The notes under the pieces: generated by a model
What the model was told of the DNA's origin: nothing
The model's input: only the letters and a program-made list of their open reading frames with translations
The model's database searches: none
Program-made: the position numbers and the translations under genes
Shown here: positions 35,487 to 44,503 of the stretch, one piece after another
Numbering within the stretch: the stretch's first letter is position 1
How the letters are laid out: every line of letters begins with the position of its first letter
Source: Nannocystaceae bacterium ST9
Lineage (GTDB): Bacteria > Myxococcota_A > Polyangia > Nannocystales > Nannocystaceae
Reading direction: 5' to 3'
DNA: 64,000 nt
NCBI GenBank assembly: GCA_048320885.1
Contig: JBLWFJ010000001.1
Coordinates: forward strand, 1,349,642-1,413,641

Positions 35487-36406
35487 TTCTTTTTCTTCTT
35501 CGCCTTCTTCTTCTGGAATTTCTTGGCGTGCGCGACGTTGCGGTTGGCCTTCTCGATCACCCGGCCGTCTTGCTGCATGCGCTGCGGGGCCTCGCCGACC
35601 TCTTGGATCAGCTGGCCCTCGGCGAGCTGAAGCAGCTGGAGCTGGCTGGCGTAGGCGAAGGGCGAGAGCCCGAGCGCCATCCGGCGATCGAGCTGGGTCA
35701 GCGCGACCTGGGCCCGGATCGGGATGCGGATGTTGACGACCTGGACCTCGGCGTGGCGCTCGTGACGAGGATCGGCCAGCGCCTTGTCGCCGCGGGTGAA
35801 GTGCTGCCGGCAACACGAGGGCCGGACCTCCCAGATCCGACAGCGCCCCTTGGCCTGATCGAGGAAGGGGCAGGGCAGGCCGCGCTCGGCGAACTGCTTG
35901 CGACCGAGGCCGGCGGCCTTGCTGGTCATGCGGATCTTCTCGGGATCCTTGCCGGTGTGCAGCGCCTGGATGTCCTTGAACTGCTGCTCGCCGAGCTCGC
36001 CGAGCTTCTGAGCGACCTGCGGAAAGTCCTTCCAGGTTCGGATGGTCCGGTAGATCAGCAGCGACTCGGGGCCGCTGACGCCGAAGGGCCCGGCGAAGCA
36101 GGCACCCTTGCCCTCGGGGGTCCCGGCCGCCGCAGCGTCGTCGAGCCCGAGGCTGGCGCGGACCGACTCGATGTAGCGGTCGTGCGCGGCGTGAAAGGTT
36201 TCGACCTGCTCGAAGAACCCCTTGGGCAGACGCTTGAGCTTGCTGACGTCGGCGATCCCCGGCAGCCCGGCGAGCACGTCGACCGCCTTCTGCATGGCGG
36301 CGGTGTGCGGCTGGGCGGCCTTGCGTGCGGCACGAGGGATTCGCGTGACCCGGTCGCGCGGCAGCTTGATGCGCGAACCGAACAGGGCGGCGAGGAAGTC
36401 GAGCAC
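35483..36406 (-). CDS. Cys-cluster (YkgJ/CxxCxxCC-like) protein with poly-lysine C-terminus
   Basis: The text LPCPFLDQAKGRCRIWEVRPSCCRQHF fits the C-terminal half of the YkgJ zinc/iron-chelating domain. The tail is AKKFQKKKAKKKKK. The start is uncertain: GTG 36406 was chosen and ATG 36295 is possible. The ORF track N-terminus overlaps the divergent lipoprotein gene. Confidence 0.5.
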   Translation of the reverse strand: MLDFLAALFGSRIKLPRDRVTRIPRAARKAAQPHTAAMQKAVDVLAGLPGIADVSKLKRLPKGFFEQVETFHAAHDRYIESVRASLGLDDAAAAGTPEGKGACFAGPFGVSGPESLLIYRTIRTWKDFPQVAQKLGELGEQQFKDIQALHTGKDPEKIRMTSKAAGLGRKQFAERGLPCPFLDQAKGRCRIWEVRPSCCRQHFTRGDKALADPRHERHAEVQVVNIRIPIRAQVALTQLDRRMALGLSPFAYASQLQLLQLAEGQLIQEVGEAPQRMQQDGRVIEKANRNVAHAKKFQKKKAKKKKK

Positions 36407-36542
36407 GGCGGCTCGGCTTGTAGCAGGCGCCCGCGAGACCCGAAAGCAGCGCGGGCGAAGTGAGCGAAGGCCCCCGCGAGCCCGGTCGGGGACGGCTTGC
36501 GTGGTGTTGATACCGCCGGCTGCGCAAGTCATCCTCGCGGCC

Positions 36543-37475
36543 ATGCATCGCCGTGCCGTCTCGCTCTCGCTTCCTCGCTTCGCCCGCGGCCTCGTGCTCG
36601 CGGCTCTGGTCCTCGCGGTCCCGGCCGGCTGCGACAAGTCGGGCGGCACCAGTGATCCCGGCGGCGGTACGGACAAGCCGAGCAAGGCCGGCGGCATCGA
36701 GTTCGCCTACGCCGAGAGCTTCGCGATCGACGGCCAGGTCAGCGTCGAGATCGAGAGCGACAGCCCCGAGGGCAAGGGCGCGGCCAAGATCGTGGCCAAG
36801 ACCCGACTCGACGCCGCGCCGGCGGCCGGCAAGACCAAGATCCACGCCAAGGTGCTCGAGCTGGTCGAGTTCAACGGCAGCGGCTCGCTCGATCCCGAGT
36901 TCATCAAGCAGCAGATGGTCACGGCCGGCACCGCCGACTTCGATCTGCTCGCCACGCTGAAGACCGCCGAAGAGTGGTCGATCGTCGACGCCCGCGGCGA
37001 GACCGACGACGACGCCACCAAGGCGCTGGCCGAGAACGCCAACCCCAAGCCGATGGGCGGCGACCAGTTCGGGCTCTTCGTCCTGCCCGACCTGCCGAGC
37101 GTCCCGCTGGAGATCGGCAAGCAGGTCAAGCTCCCGACCGAGTCGGAGGAGCAGGACATGTTCGGTCAGCCGGTCCCGACCGAGTCCGACGTCACCTGGA
37201 CGCTGGTCTCGATCGGCGACGTCGGCGGGCGCAAGGTCGCCAAGCTCGAGGTCCTGCTCGAGACCTCGGGCGCGGCCGAGCTGCAGGGCGGCCAGGCGAT
37301 GCTCTCGATCGCCTCCGAGGCCAGCTTCACGATCGAGTTCGACGTCGACGCCAAGCTGCCGATCTCGCTGACCGGCGAGTCGACCCAGGAGCTCGCGTTC
37401 GAGAGCGCGGGCCAGAGCGGCAGCGTGCAGAACACGACCAAGTTCGCCGCCACCTACACGCCCGCGGGCGTCTAA
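36543..37475 (+). CDS. lipoprotein (310 aa), function unknown
   Basis: ORF 36222..37475 trimmed to ATG 36543: MHRRAVSLSLPRFARGLVLAALVLAVPAGC (lipobox), then a Gly/Ser/Asp/Lys linker. Confidence 0.7.
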   Translation: MHRRAVSLSLPRFARGLVLAALVLAVPAGCDKSGGTSDPGGGTDKPSKAGGIEFAYAESFAIDGQVSVEIESDSPEGKGAAKIVAKTRLDAAPAAGKTKIHAKVLELVEFNGSGSLDPEFIKQQMVTAGTADFDLLATLKTAEEWSIVDARGETDDDATKALAENANPKPMGGDQFGLFVLPDLPSVPLEIGKQVKLPTESEEQDMFGQPVPTESDVTWTLVSIGDVGGRKVAKLEVLLETSGAAELQGGQAMLSIASEASFTIEFDVDAKLPISLTGESTQELAFESAGQSGSVQNTTKFAATYTPAGV

Positions 37476-37481
37476 CCTGGC

Positions 37482-38015
37482 TCAGAGCCCGGTGTAGCTC
37501 AGGTACGAGGTCGTCTGCCCGTCCTTGCCGGGCCCGCAGACGACCGTGTACGAGTACTCGCCGGTCTTGCCTTGCAGGGTCATCCGCCCCTTGTCGCCGG
37601 CGACCGGCTCGACCACGTCGGGCACGGTCTCGAGCATCGTGGCCCGCACCGCGGCGATGCAGTCTTGCGGCGTGGTCCCGGGCTGCATCTCGAGCAGCAT
37701 CGCGGTCGCCATGCTGGTTCCGACCTTGGCCTGGTTCTTGGCCTGCAAGATCTTCGCATGATCGATCTTGGCCGTGTCGAACCAAGCCGGAGTCGCCGGC
37801 TCGGAGATCGCTCCCTCGGAGGCCGACGGCTCGGCGCGGGTCGGAGGCTCGAACTCGATCGGCTTGGCCGGCTCGCTCGGTGGTTTTTGCTCGCCACCCT
37901 GCGAGGCTTTTCCCTCCGACTTTCCTTCCTTCTTAATGTCGGCCTTGGTCGGGGTCGGAGCGGAGGGGCAGCCGGTGAGCAGGCCGAGGATCGACAGCGT
38001 GGCAAAAAGTCGCAT
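37482..38015 (-). CDS. lipoprotein (177 aa), function unknown
   Basis: MRLFATLSILGLLTGC lipobox. Lys/Glu/Pro-rich linker followed by a small globular C-terminal domain. Confidence 0.7.
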   Translation of the reverse strand: MRLFATLSILGLLTGCPSAPTPTKADIKKEGKSEGKASQGGEQKPPSEPAKPIEFEPPTRAEPSASEGAISEPATPAWFDTAKIDHAKILQAKNQAKVGTSMATAMLLEMQPGTTPQDCIAAVRATMLETVPDVVEPVAGDKGRMTLQGKTGEYSYTVVCGPGKDGQTTSYLSYTGL

Positions 38016-38039
38016 GACAGCGAGCGAGGATACGTCAGC

Positions 38040-38320
38040 TGGACTGCGCGGTCGCCCCGGGGGAGCTCGATCTCGACGATCGGCGATCGGTCCTCGCCGG
38101 CCGCGAGGATGTCAGCCCGGCGTACAGGTTGTGCTCGGCGTAGTCCCAGGTGAGTCGCTCGCCGGTCGAGCCGGGTCTCGCCATGGTTCGCGAACCCGGC
38201 CAGGGTCCCGCCGAAGATCCTCCGAGCCTCGGCCTGCAGATTGGAGTGGCGTCCGGCGAGACCCTGGTATGCTCCGCGGAGTGAAGCCGTTCGCTCGCCG
38301 TCGAGCACGAGGTCCAGCAC
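38040..38320 (-). pseudogene. possible decayed ORF with SET-like motifs (frameshifted)
   Basis: The best G/C third-position signal jumps between two reverse frames: ...RRIFGGTLAGFANHGE.. then ..TGERLTWDYAEHNLYAGL.. then back. FANHGE and GERLTWDY resemble the SET NHSC and GEELxxDY motifs but lie only ~6 aa apart. Very tentative. Confidence 0.2.
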
Positions 38321-38561
38321 CCGCTGGACTCACACGATCGCTCCGCCCGGGAGCGGCTTCATCGAGCGACCCCGACCTGCGAGTTCGGGGTGGATTCTCG
38401 GCGCGGGGATCCTATATATGTCGTCGGGTCGGTGCATCCTCTCGGACGCCCGCGGCTCCAAGCCAGTGGCGACCCGCCCCCTCAGGAAGCAGACGTTCTC
38501 CAGCCGAAGACATCGCCCGCGGCCCGTGGCGCTCACCCGGGCCCGATCCCACCGAGAACAA

Positions 38562-39161
38562 GTGAACCCACGACCATCCTGCTGGATCGCACCAACCCTC
38601 ATCGGCCGTCCCCACCCCCACAAAGGTGGTCATGCGGTCTTCGCTCGCCGGTCCATCGGAGCCGGTGAACTGTTGGCAGTGTTCGGCGGTGACGTCGTGC
38701 CTGGGCAAGAGCTCACCCGGGCCGCGCCCGAGCTGCGTCGACTCTCCCTGCAGATCGACGAAGACCTCTATGTGGTCTCGGGCGTCGAGGGTCCCGGCGA
38801 CTGGTTCAATCACTCGTGCGAGCCCAACGCGGGCCTGCGAGGCCAGCTCTCGCTGGTGGCGTTGCGACCGATCAAGCGCGGCGAAGAGGTCTGCTACGAC
38901 TACGCCATGAGCGACGGCTCGTCCTACGACGAGTTCTCGTGCGCGTGCGGGGCCAGCCTGTGTCGGCGGCGAGTGACCGGCGACGACTGGCGACTGCCCG
39001 AGCTCTGGTCCCGCTACGAGGGCTACTTCTCGCCCTACCTGCAGGCCCGAATCGAGCGGTTGGTCGCCAGTCGCATGATCGAGCTCGAGGAGCCGATGAC
39101 CCGCATGCGGGTTCGTTCGCTGCCGACCCCCGAGGCCACACCGATCCGGCTCGGGCCATGA
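38562..39161 (+). CDS. SET-domain protein with post-SET Cys motif (putative lysine methyltransferase)
   Basis: Tail of ORF 38241..39161: GHAVFARRSIGAGELL..., WFNHSCEPNA, IKRGEEVCYDYA, FSCACGASLCRRRV. Start GTG 38562 is a guess and ATG 38418 is possible. The 5' part has more A/T-ending codons than neighbouring genes. Confidence 0.75.
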   Translation: MNPRPSCWIAPTLIGRPHPHKGGHAVFARRSIGAGELLAVFGGDVVPGQELTRAAPELRRLSLQIDEDLYVVSGVEGPGDWFNHSCEPNAGLRGQLSLVALRPIKRGEEVCYDYAMSDGSSYDEFSCACGASLCRRRVTGDDWRLPELWSRYEGYFSPYLQARIERLVASRMIELEEPMTRMRVRSLPTPEATPIRLGP

Positions 39162-39186
39162 TCGGTGGAGGGTCGACGCTCGACGC

Positions 39187-40050
39187 TCACTTCTTGAACA
39201 GGTCGATCGGCAGCTTCAAGTAGCGCCGACCCTTGGCGTGGGCCGCAGGAAGCCGGCCCGCGTCGACGTTGACCTGCACGCTCTGGAAGAGCAGCCGCGG
39301 GGCAGCCAAGCTGCGATCGCGGGCCTGCCGAAATTCGATGAACTCGGCCGCGCTGGTCTCGGCCCGCAGCTGCGGGTTGGCCAGCTTCGACTTGCCGATC
39401 GTCGTCTCCCAGCGGACCTCGCGACCGCCGGGCTGATAGTCGTGACCGACGAACACTCGGGTCGCGTCGGGCAGCGCGTAGAGCTTGGCGTGGATCGACT
39501 CGTAGAGCGCGGCCGCGCTGCCGCGCGGGAAGTCGCAGCGCCCGGTCCCGTAGTCGTCCATGAACAGCGCGTCGCCGGTGAACAGCGCGTCGTCGATCAG
39601 GTAGCTGACGCAGGCCGGCGTGTGCCCGGGCGTGGCGATCACCCGCACGGCGAGCGTACCGGCCTGCAGCAGCTCGCCGTCCTTCAGCAGCCGATCGAAC
39701 TGGCTGCCGTCGGTCGGGAACTCGTCGCCGAGATCGAACACCGGCTTGAAGGTCTGCTGGACCTCGGTGATCCGCTCGCCGATCGCGACCGGGGCGTCGT
39801 AGCGGCCGCGCAGCACCTGCGAGCTGCTCAGGTGATCGGCGTGCGCGTGGGTCTCGAGCACGAAGCGCAGGCGCAGGCCCTCGCTCGTGATGATCGCCGC
39901 GAGCTGCTCGACCGACGCCTCGCCGATCTGCGAAGCCAGCGGGTCGTAGTCGAGGACGGGATCGATGACCACCGCGTCCTTGCTCTGCGGATCCCAGACC
40001 AGGTAGGTCAGCGTGTAGGTGGCTTGATCGAAGAGCGCTCGAATTTCCAT
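39187..40050 (-). CDS. MBL-fold metallo-hydrolase, persulfide-dioxygenase (ETHE1/Blh)-like
   Basis: ORF trimmed to ATG 40050, preceded by [62 protein letters not shown]...[21 protein letters not shown]. Confidence 0.75.
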   Translation of the reverse strand: MEIRALFDQATYTLTYLVWDPQSKDAVVIDPVLDYDPLASQIGEASVEQLAAIITSEGLRLRFVLETHAHADHLSSSQVLRGRYDAPVAIGERITEVQQTFKPVFDLGDEFPTDGSQFDRLLKDGELLQAGTLAVRVIATPGHTPACVSYLIDDALFTGDALFMDDYGTGRCDFPRGSAAALYESIHAKLYALPDATRVFVGHDYQPGGREVRWETTIGKSKLANPQLRAETSAAEFIEFRQARDRSLAAPRLLFQSVQVNVDAGRLPAAHAKGRRYLKLPIDLFKK

Positions 40051-40194
40051 GGGTCCTCCTGCTCGACTCGATTGCATGCGTCGGGCCAGCGCCGGATCGC
40101 GTCGCGCGGGCGAGATTCGGGCTTGCCACGTTTCAGCCTCGTCGCGCCGGGTTGCAGGCCCGCGCAACACGGCAATCTCTGCGATGCTGGGCGA

Positions 40195-40479
40195 GTGAGC
40201 GAGCCCCGACTCGAGATCCACTACTGCACCCGCTGTCGCTGGCTGCTGCGCGCCGCGTGGCTGGCCCAAGAGCTGCTCACCACCTTCGATCAAGGCGAGC
40301 TCGGCGAGCTCGCGCTCGTGCCCGTGCGCGAGCCGGCCGGGACCCTGAAGGTCGTGCTCGCGGGCGAGACGATCTTCGATCGAGCGGCGCTCGGGCGCTT
40401 CCCCGAGGCCAAGGAGCTCAAGCAGCTCGTGCGCGATCGAGTCGCGCCGCAGCGCGAGCTCGGCCACTCCGATCGCTGA
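40195..40479 (+). CDS. SelW/SelT-like Rdx-family CxxC protein
   Basis: GTG 40195 in the tail of ORF 39238..40479: [26 protein letters not shown]...[25 protein letters not shown]. 94 aa. Confidence 0.7.
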   Translation: MSEPRLEIHYCTRCRWLLRAAWLAQELLTTFDQGELGELALVPVREPAGTLKVVLAGETIFDRAALGRFPEAKELKQLVRDRVAPQRELGHSDR

Positions 40480-40481
40480 GG

Positions 40482-41000
40482 CTAGCGATAGGGATTCGGC
40501 GGCGTCTGCATGCGCTCCTCGAACAGCCGCAGCTCGCCGACGATCGCCCGCAGGCGATCCCGCAGCGGCGGCTGGCCCGGGTTGCGCTTGCGCTCGAACG
40601 ACCAGTCTTCGACCTCGAAGAGCGAGCGGATGCGATCCGGCTCGGCGCCGAGATCGGCGACGTAGTCACGATCGACCGGCGGCAGACGATCGAGCTCGCG
40701 CAACCACTCGCCGAGCTCGCGGGCCGCGTCGCGCAGGCGTTGCTGGAGCTCGTCGTACTCGCCGAGCATCGGCGAGCTCGGGGTCTCTTCGAGCTCGCGC
40801 AGCGGACCTTCGAGGCCGAGCCGCAGCGCTCGCGTGCCGCGGACCAGCGCCTGCAGCGAGCGCGAGAGGTGCGAGAGCTGGAGCGGGCTCTCGTCCGGGC
40901 TGCCCTCGAGATAGCGGCGGCCGCGAGCCTGCGAGCGGACGGTCTGGGCCAGGCCGATCGCCGCGAGCCCGGCCACGACGAGGTAGATCACCGTCGTCAC
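40482..41000 (-). CDS. hypothetical N-terminally anchored protein (172 aa)
   Basis: GTG start. [17 protein letters not shown], then helical Arg/Glu/Leu-rich text. Codon bias is good. No family recognised. Confidence 0.5.
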   Translation of the reverse strand: MTTVIYLVVAGLAAIGLAQTVRSQARGRRYLEGSPDESPLQLSHLSRSLQALVRGTRALRLGLEGPLRELEETPSSPMLGEYDELQQRLRDAARELGEWLRELDRLPPVDRDYVADLGAEPDRIRSLFEVEDWSFERKRNPGQPPLRDRLRAIVGELRLFEERMQTPPNPYR

Positions 41001-41032
41001 GGGCGGCAGTGTAGCAAGGTAAGGTTGCGGCG

Positions 41033-41800
41033 ATGACCCGCCTCTTGCTCGCCGGCCTGCTGCTCGGCCCGCCCGCCTCCGAGCCCGCCTCGGCGCCCGA
41101 GTACGACGAGGCGATCGTCATCGAGCCCGCGCCCGTGGTCGCCGAAGCGCCACCACCGACCTCGGTCGAGATCGAAGCCGAGCCGCTCGCGCTGCCCGAA
41201 GGCCCGACGACGATCGGCTTGCCGCCGCTGCCACCACCGCCGCCGCCTCCCGATGGATCGGGTCGACTGGTCGGCGGCTCGCTGGCGCTCGGCCTGGGCG
41301 TCGCCGCGTTCGTGACCGTCAGCCAAGAGGCCCAGCGCGTCGGCGGCAACACGACCTACGTCGCCGCGACCTTCGTGCCGCTCGGCCTCGCCAGCCTCGG
41401 GATCGGCACCTACTTGCTGGTCAAGGGCGGCCAGGCGCGCGCCAACTTTCGCCACTGGAAGCAGTACACCGGCTACGAGGTCCCGCCGCAGGGCGCCGGG
41501 CTGCTGGTCGGCGGCACGATGATCACGGCGATCGGCGGTGTCGTGCTGATCGCCGGCGCGTCGCGGTCGGCTCGCGGCGAGCAAGACACGCTGACCACCG
41601 CGCTGCTCTCGTTCGGCGGCGCCGGTCTGGTCGCGGGCGGCATTCAGCTCGCGCTCGGCTTCGTTCGGCGCGAGCGTCATCGTCGCTGGCGGCACAACAG
41701 CTTGTTCGTGCTCGGCCCTCCGACGATCGCACCGCTCGCGCCGATCGGCGCGCGCGCTCGCGTGGACGGGCTCGCGCTCGGCCTCTCGGGCAGGTTCTGA
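41033..41800 (+). CDS. hypothetical membrane protein with Pro-rich N-terminal region
   Basis: Signal-like MTRLLLAGLLLGPPA, a PPLPPPPPPP tract, then 4 hydrophobic segments. Ends ...GLSGRF. Confidence 0.55.
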   Translation: MTRLLLAGLLLGPPASEPASAPEYDEAIVIEPAPVVAEAPPPTSVEIEAEPLALPEGPTTIGLPPLPPPPPPPDGSGRLVGGSLALGLGVAAFVTVSQEAQRVGGNTTYVAATFVPLGLASLGIGTYLLVKGGQARANFRHWKQYTGYEVPPQGAGLLVGGTMITAIGGVVLIAGASRSARGEQDTLTTALLSFGGAGLVAGGIQLALGFVRRERHRRWRHNSLFVLGPPTIAPLAPIGARARVDGLALGLSGRF

Positions 41801-41824
41801 GCGCGTCGTGCTATCAACGATCTC

Positions 41825-42637
41825 GTGCCCTTCGCCCAAGGAGCCCGAGATCACCGCATCCACTATCGCGACGTCGGCGAGCGCGGCCCGGCGCTCGTGC
41901 TGGTCCAAGGCATCGGGCTCGACGGGCGGTTCTGGTTCGACACGCCCGAGCGGCTCGCCGCCGACCTCGACAACCCCTGGCGCGTGCTGGTCCCCGACAA
42001 CCGCGGCGTCGGTCGCAGCGATCTTCCGAGTCGGCCCTGGTCGATGGCCGACATGGCCGACGACGTCGCGGCCGTGCTCGATCACGCCGGCGTTCGCCAA
42101 GCCGTGATCGTCGGGATCTCGATGGGTGGCATGATCGCCCAGCACGTCGCGCTGCGCCACCCCGAGCGCGTGAACGGCCTGGTCTTGATGGCGACCACGC
42201 CCGGACTCCCGCACGGCAAGCTGCCCGAACTCGACACCCTCGGCGCGCTGCTCAGCGCTCCGCTGCGCAAGGCCGGCCACCTGCAGACGCTGGCCAAGCT
42301 GGTCTTGCCCGAGCACGCGCACGATCGTGCGTCCGAGCTGCTCGCTGGTTGGATCGGATTGATGCGCGAGCATCAGCCGCGCAAGCCGGCGTTCTTCGGG
42401 CAGCTCGGCGCCGTGCTCGGTCACTCGACCGGCCGCCGGCTCGCGCGGATCCGCGTGCCGACTCGCGTGGTCACGGGCGATCGCGACAGCCTGGTCCCGC
42501 CGGCCAACAGCAAGCTGCTCAGCGAGCGGATCCCCAACGCCACGCTCGAGATCCTGACCGGCGTCGGGCATGGGATCCCGCTCTTGGATCGCGAGGTCGT
42601 GCTGCGCAACGCCAACCTCGTGCGGCCCGCGAACTGA
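41825..42637 (+). CDS. alpha/beta-fold hydrolase
   Basis: GTG start. VLVQGIGLDGRFW, nucleophile elbow VGISMGGMIA, late GDRDSLVP and GVGHG. Confidence 0.8.
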   Translation: MPFAQGARDHRIHYRDVGERGPALVLVQGIGLDGRFWFDTPERLAADLDNPWRVLVPDNRGVGRSDLPSRPWSMADMADDVAAVLDHAGVRQAVIVGISMGGMIAQHVALRHPERVNGLVLMATTPGLPHGKLPELDTLGALLSAPLRKAGHLQTLAKLVLPEHAHDRASELLAGWIGLMREHQPRKPAFFGQLGAVLGHSTGRRLARIRVPTRVVTGDRDSLVPPANSKLLSERIPNATLEILTGVGHGIPLLDREVVLRNANLVRPAN

Positions 42638-42656
42638 TCCGCGATCGGATCCGCGA

Positions 42657-43511
42657 TCACGCCGGTCGCAGCAGCGCGCCCTCGCGGACGAGCTCGCCTT
42701 CGCGGATCAGCTTGCGCAGGTGAGCCTCGACCGACATCGCGGCCAGCGGCCACGGAGCGCTCGGCGAGTCGGCGTAGGCCAGCCGGACCACCGCCGCGAA
42801 CTCGCGTGCACCCTGCTCGACGATCGCTGCGCGCACCTTCTGTTCGCGCGCCAACCTATGGGAGACATAGTATCGAGTGATGGCAATCGAATCGCGCAGC
42901 ACGGGTCCATGCGCCGGCACGAAGATCGGCGGCGCCCCGCGCTCGACCACGCTGCGCTCCGCCAGCGCCTGCATGCGCCGCAGCGAGTCGAGATAGAGGC
43001 CCATGTCGCCGTCGTCGCTCGGATCGACCAGGATCGTGCCTTCGCCCGCGACCAGATCGCCGACGTGCGCGACGTTGCTGGCCCGCTCCCACACGACCAG
43101 GTGGCCGGGCGCGTGCCCGGGCGTGTGCACGAGCTCGACTCGGTGACCGCCGCCGAGCTCGAGCGACCAGCCCTCGTCGACGTGCTCGTCGACCGCGAAG
43201 CCCAGCCGCGCCGCCGTGGCCGAATGGGCCCAGATCGGCACGCCAAGCCGCTCGCGCAGGCCTTCGGCATGGCCGACGTGATCGCCGTGATGATGCGTCA
43301 GCAAGATCCCGACCACCTCGCGGCCCTCGGCCTGAAGGCCGGTGATCAAGCCCGCCAGTCGAGCTTGCTCGTCCGGTCGCGGCGTCGCGGGCTCGACGAT
43401 CACCAGGCGCTCGTCGCCGAACACCACGGTGTTGGTGCTCGTCGCCGGCGGCAGGGTCGGAGTTCGCAGGGCCAGTGACCAGACCCCCTCGGCCAGCTTG
43501 GGCTCGTCCAC
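42657..43511 (-). CDS. MBL-fold metallo-hydrolase
   Basis: ILLTHHHGDHVGH, VHTPGHAPGHL, HVGDLV. A C-terminal helical domain follows. Confidence 0.8.
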   Translation of the reverse strand: MDEPKLAEGVWSLALRTPTLPPATSTNTVVFGDERLVIVEPATPRPDEQARLAGLITGLQAEGREVVGILLTHHHGDHVGHAEGLRERLGVPIWAHSATAARLGFAVDEHVDEGWSLELGGGHRVELVHTPGHAPGHLVVWERASNVAHVGDLVAGEGTILVDPSDDGDMGLYLDSLRRMQALAERSVVERGAPPIFVPAHGPVLRDSIAITRYYVSHRLAREQKVRAAIVEQGAREFAAVVRLAYADSPSAPWPLAAMSVEAHLRKLIREGELVREGALLRPA

Positions 43512-43669
43512 CTCCCGAGCATAGCCGCTCAGCTCACCTCTCGGGCAAGCTCACCCCTCGGGGGAATGTCGACGGTTGCCGTCACCATGCCGAAACGCGA
43601 AACTCGCTAGTCTTCGCGAAGCGTCGCAATTTCCTCGCGCTCGTTCCTCACACTGTCGAGTCCGCGCCC

Positions 43670-44503
43670 ATGGCCGAAGAACCCTACTTCAAGAAGAATC
43701 CCGGTGACCTGATCCGCAGCAAGGACTGGAACGACCTCCAGATCACGCTGCGCACCGAGGTCGTCACCGTCCAACAGACCGCCGCCGCGCTGCAAGCCGC
43801 GCTGCAGACCGTGCAGCAGGCCGCGACCGCGACCACGCAGCAGGTCACGGGTCTGCAGACCGCGGTCGCGAGCGCGGCCAAGGCCGCGCCCACGCAGGCG
43901 AAGGTGCTGGCGATCATGTCCAGCCACGGACCCTACTCGCAGACGGCCCTCGATCCCGGCAGCGAGTTCGACATCGCCCACCTGCGCTTCGGCATCCGCG
44001 TCGACTTCGACGAGCTGCCCGACCTCGACGCGATGGCGCTGCGCCGGCTCTGCGAGGTCCAGGTGCTGGTCCCCTACCCGCTCGGCGCCAACGTTCCGTT
44101 TCAGGCGCCCGACAGCTTCGGCTTGCAGTGGCTGACGGTCCGCGCGGGCGTGACCCGAGTCGGCAACAGCGTGGTATGGACCGCCAACCCCGTCGAGCTG
44201 TTCCGGCTCGGCGAATCCATCTTCGCCTCGATGGTCCGCAACTCGCACGACACTCGCTTCCAAGCCCGGCTGATCGTCCACGCCGACTTCATCGGCTCGA
44301 CCACCGAGGTCCCCGGTCGGATCACGCCGAACTTCGTCGCCGCCGATCAGCTCGGCGTCGGCGAGTTCGAAGTGCCCTTCCGCGTGACCGTGCCGGTCGC
44401 GACCTTCAACCCCTACACGTTCAGCTACCCCCACCCCTACTGGCCCTGGTCGTACACGAGCTACGTCGGCAACTTCCAAGGCATCGGCGGAGGTCTGCTC
44501 TAG
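43670..44503 (+). CDS. hypothetical protein with N-terminal Q/A/T coiled-coil-like segment
   Basis: ORF 43475..44503 trimmed to ATG 43670: MAEEPYFKKNPGDLIRSKDWNDLQITLRTEVVTVQQTAAALQAALQTVQQAATATTQQVTGLQTAV.... The aromatic-rich tail is PYTFSYPHPYWPWSYTSYVGNF. Confidence 0.55.
   Translation: MAEEPYFKKNPGDLIRSKDWNDLQITLRTEVVTVQQTAAALQAALQTVQQAATATTQQVTGLQTAVASAAKAAPTQAKVLAIMSSHGPYSQTALDPGSEFDIAHLRFGIRVDFDELPDLDAMALRRLCEVQVLVPYPLGANVPFQAPDSFGLQWLTVRAGVTRVGNSVVWTANPVELFRLGESIFASMVRNSHDTRFQARLIVHADFIGSTTEVPGRITPNFVAADQLGVGEFEVPFRVTVPVATFNPYTFSYPHPYWPWSYTSYVGNFQGIGGGLL

Noticed and set aside
38241-38561. N-terminal 107 residues of ORF 38241..39161 as part of the SET protein.
   Set aside because: The text is Arg/Ser/Pro-rich with no coding bias. 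The SET-domain alignment starts near residue 110, so the start was moved to 38562. ATG 38418 is kept as an alternative.
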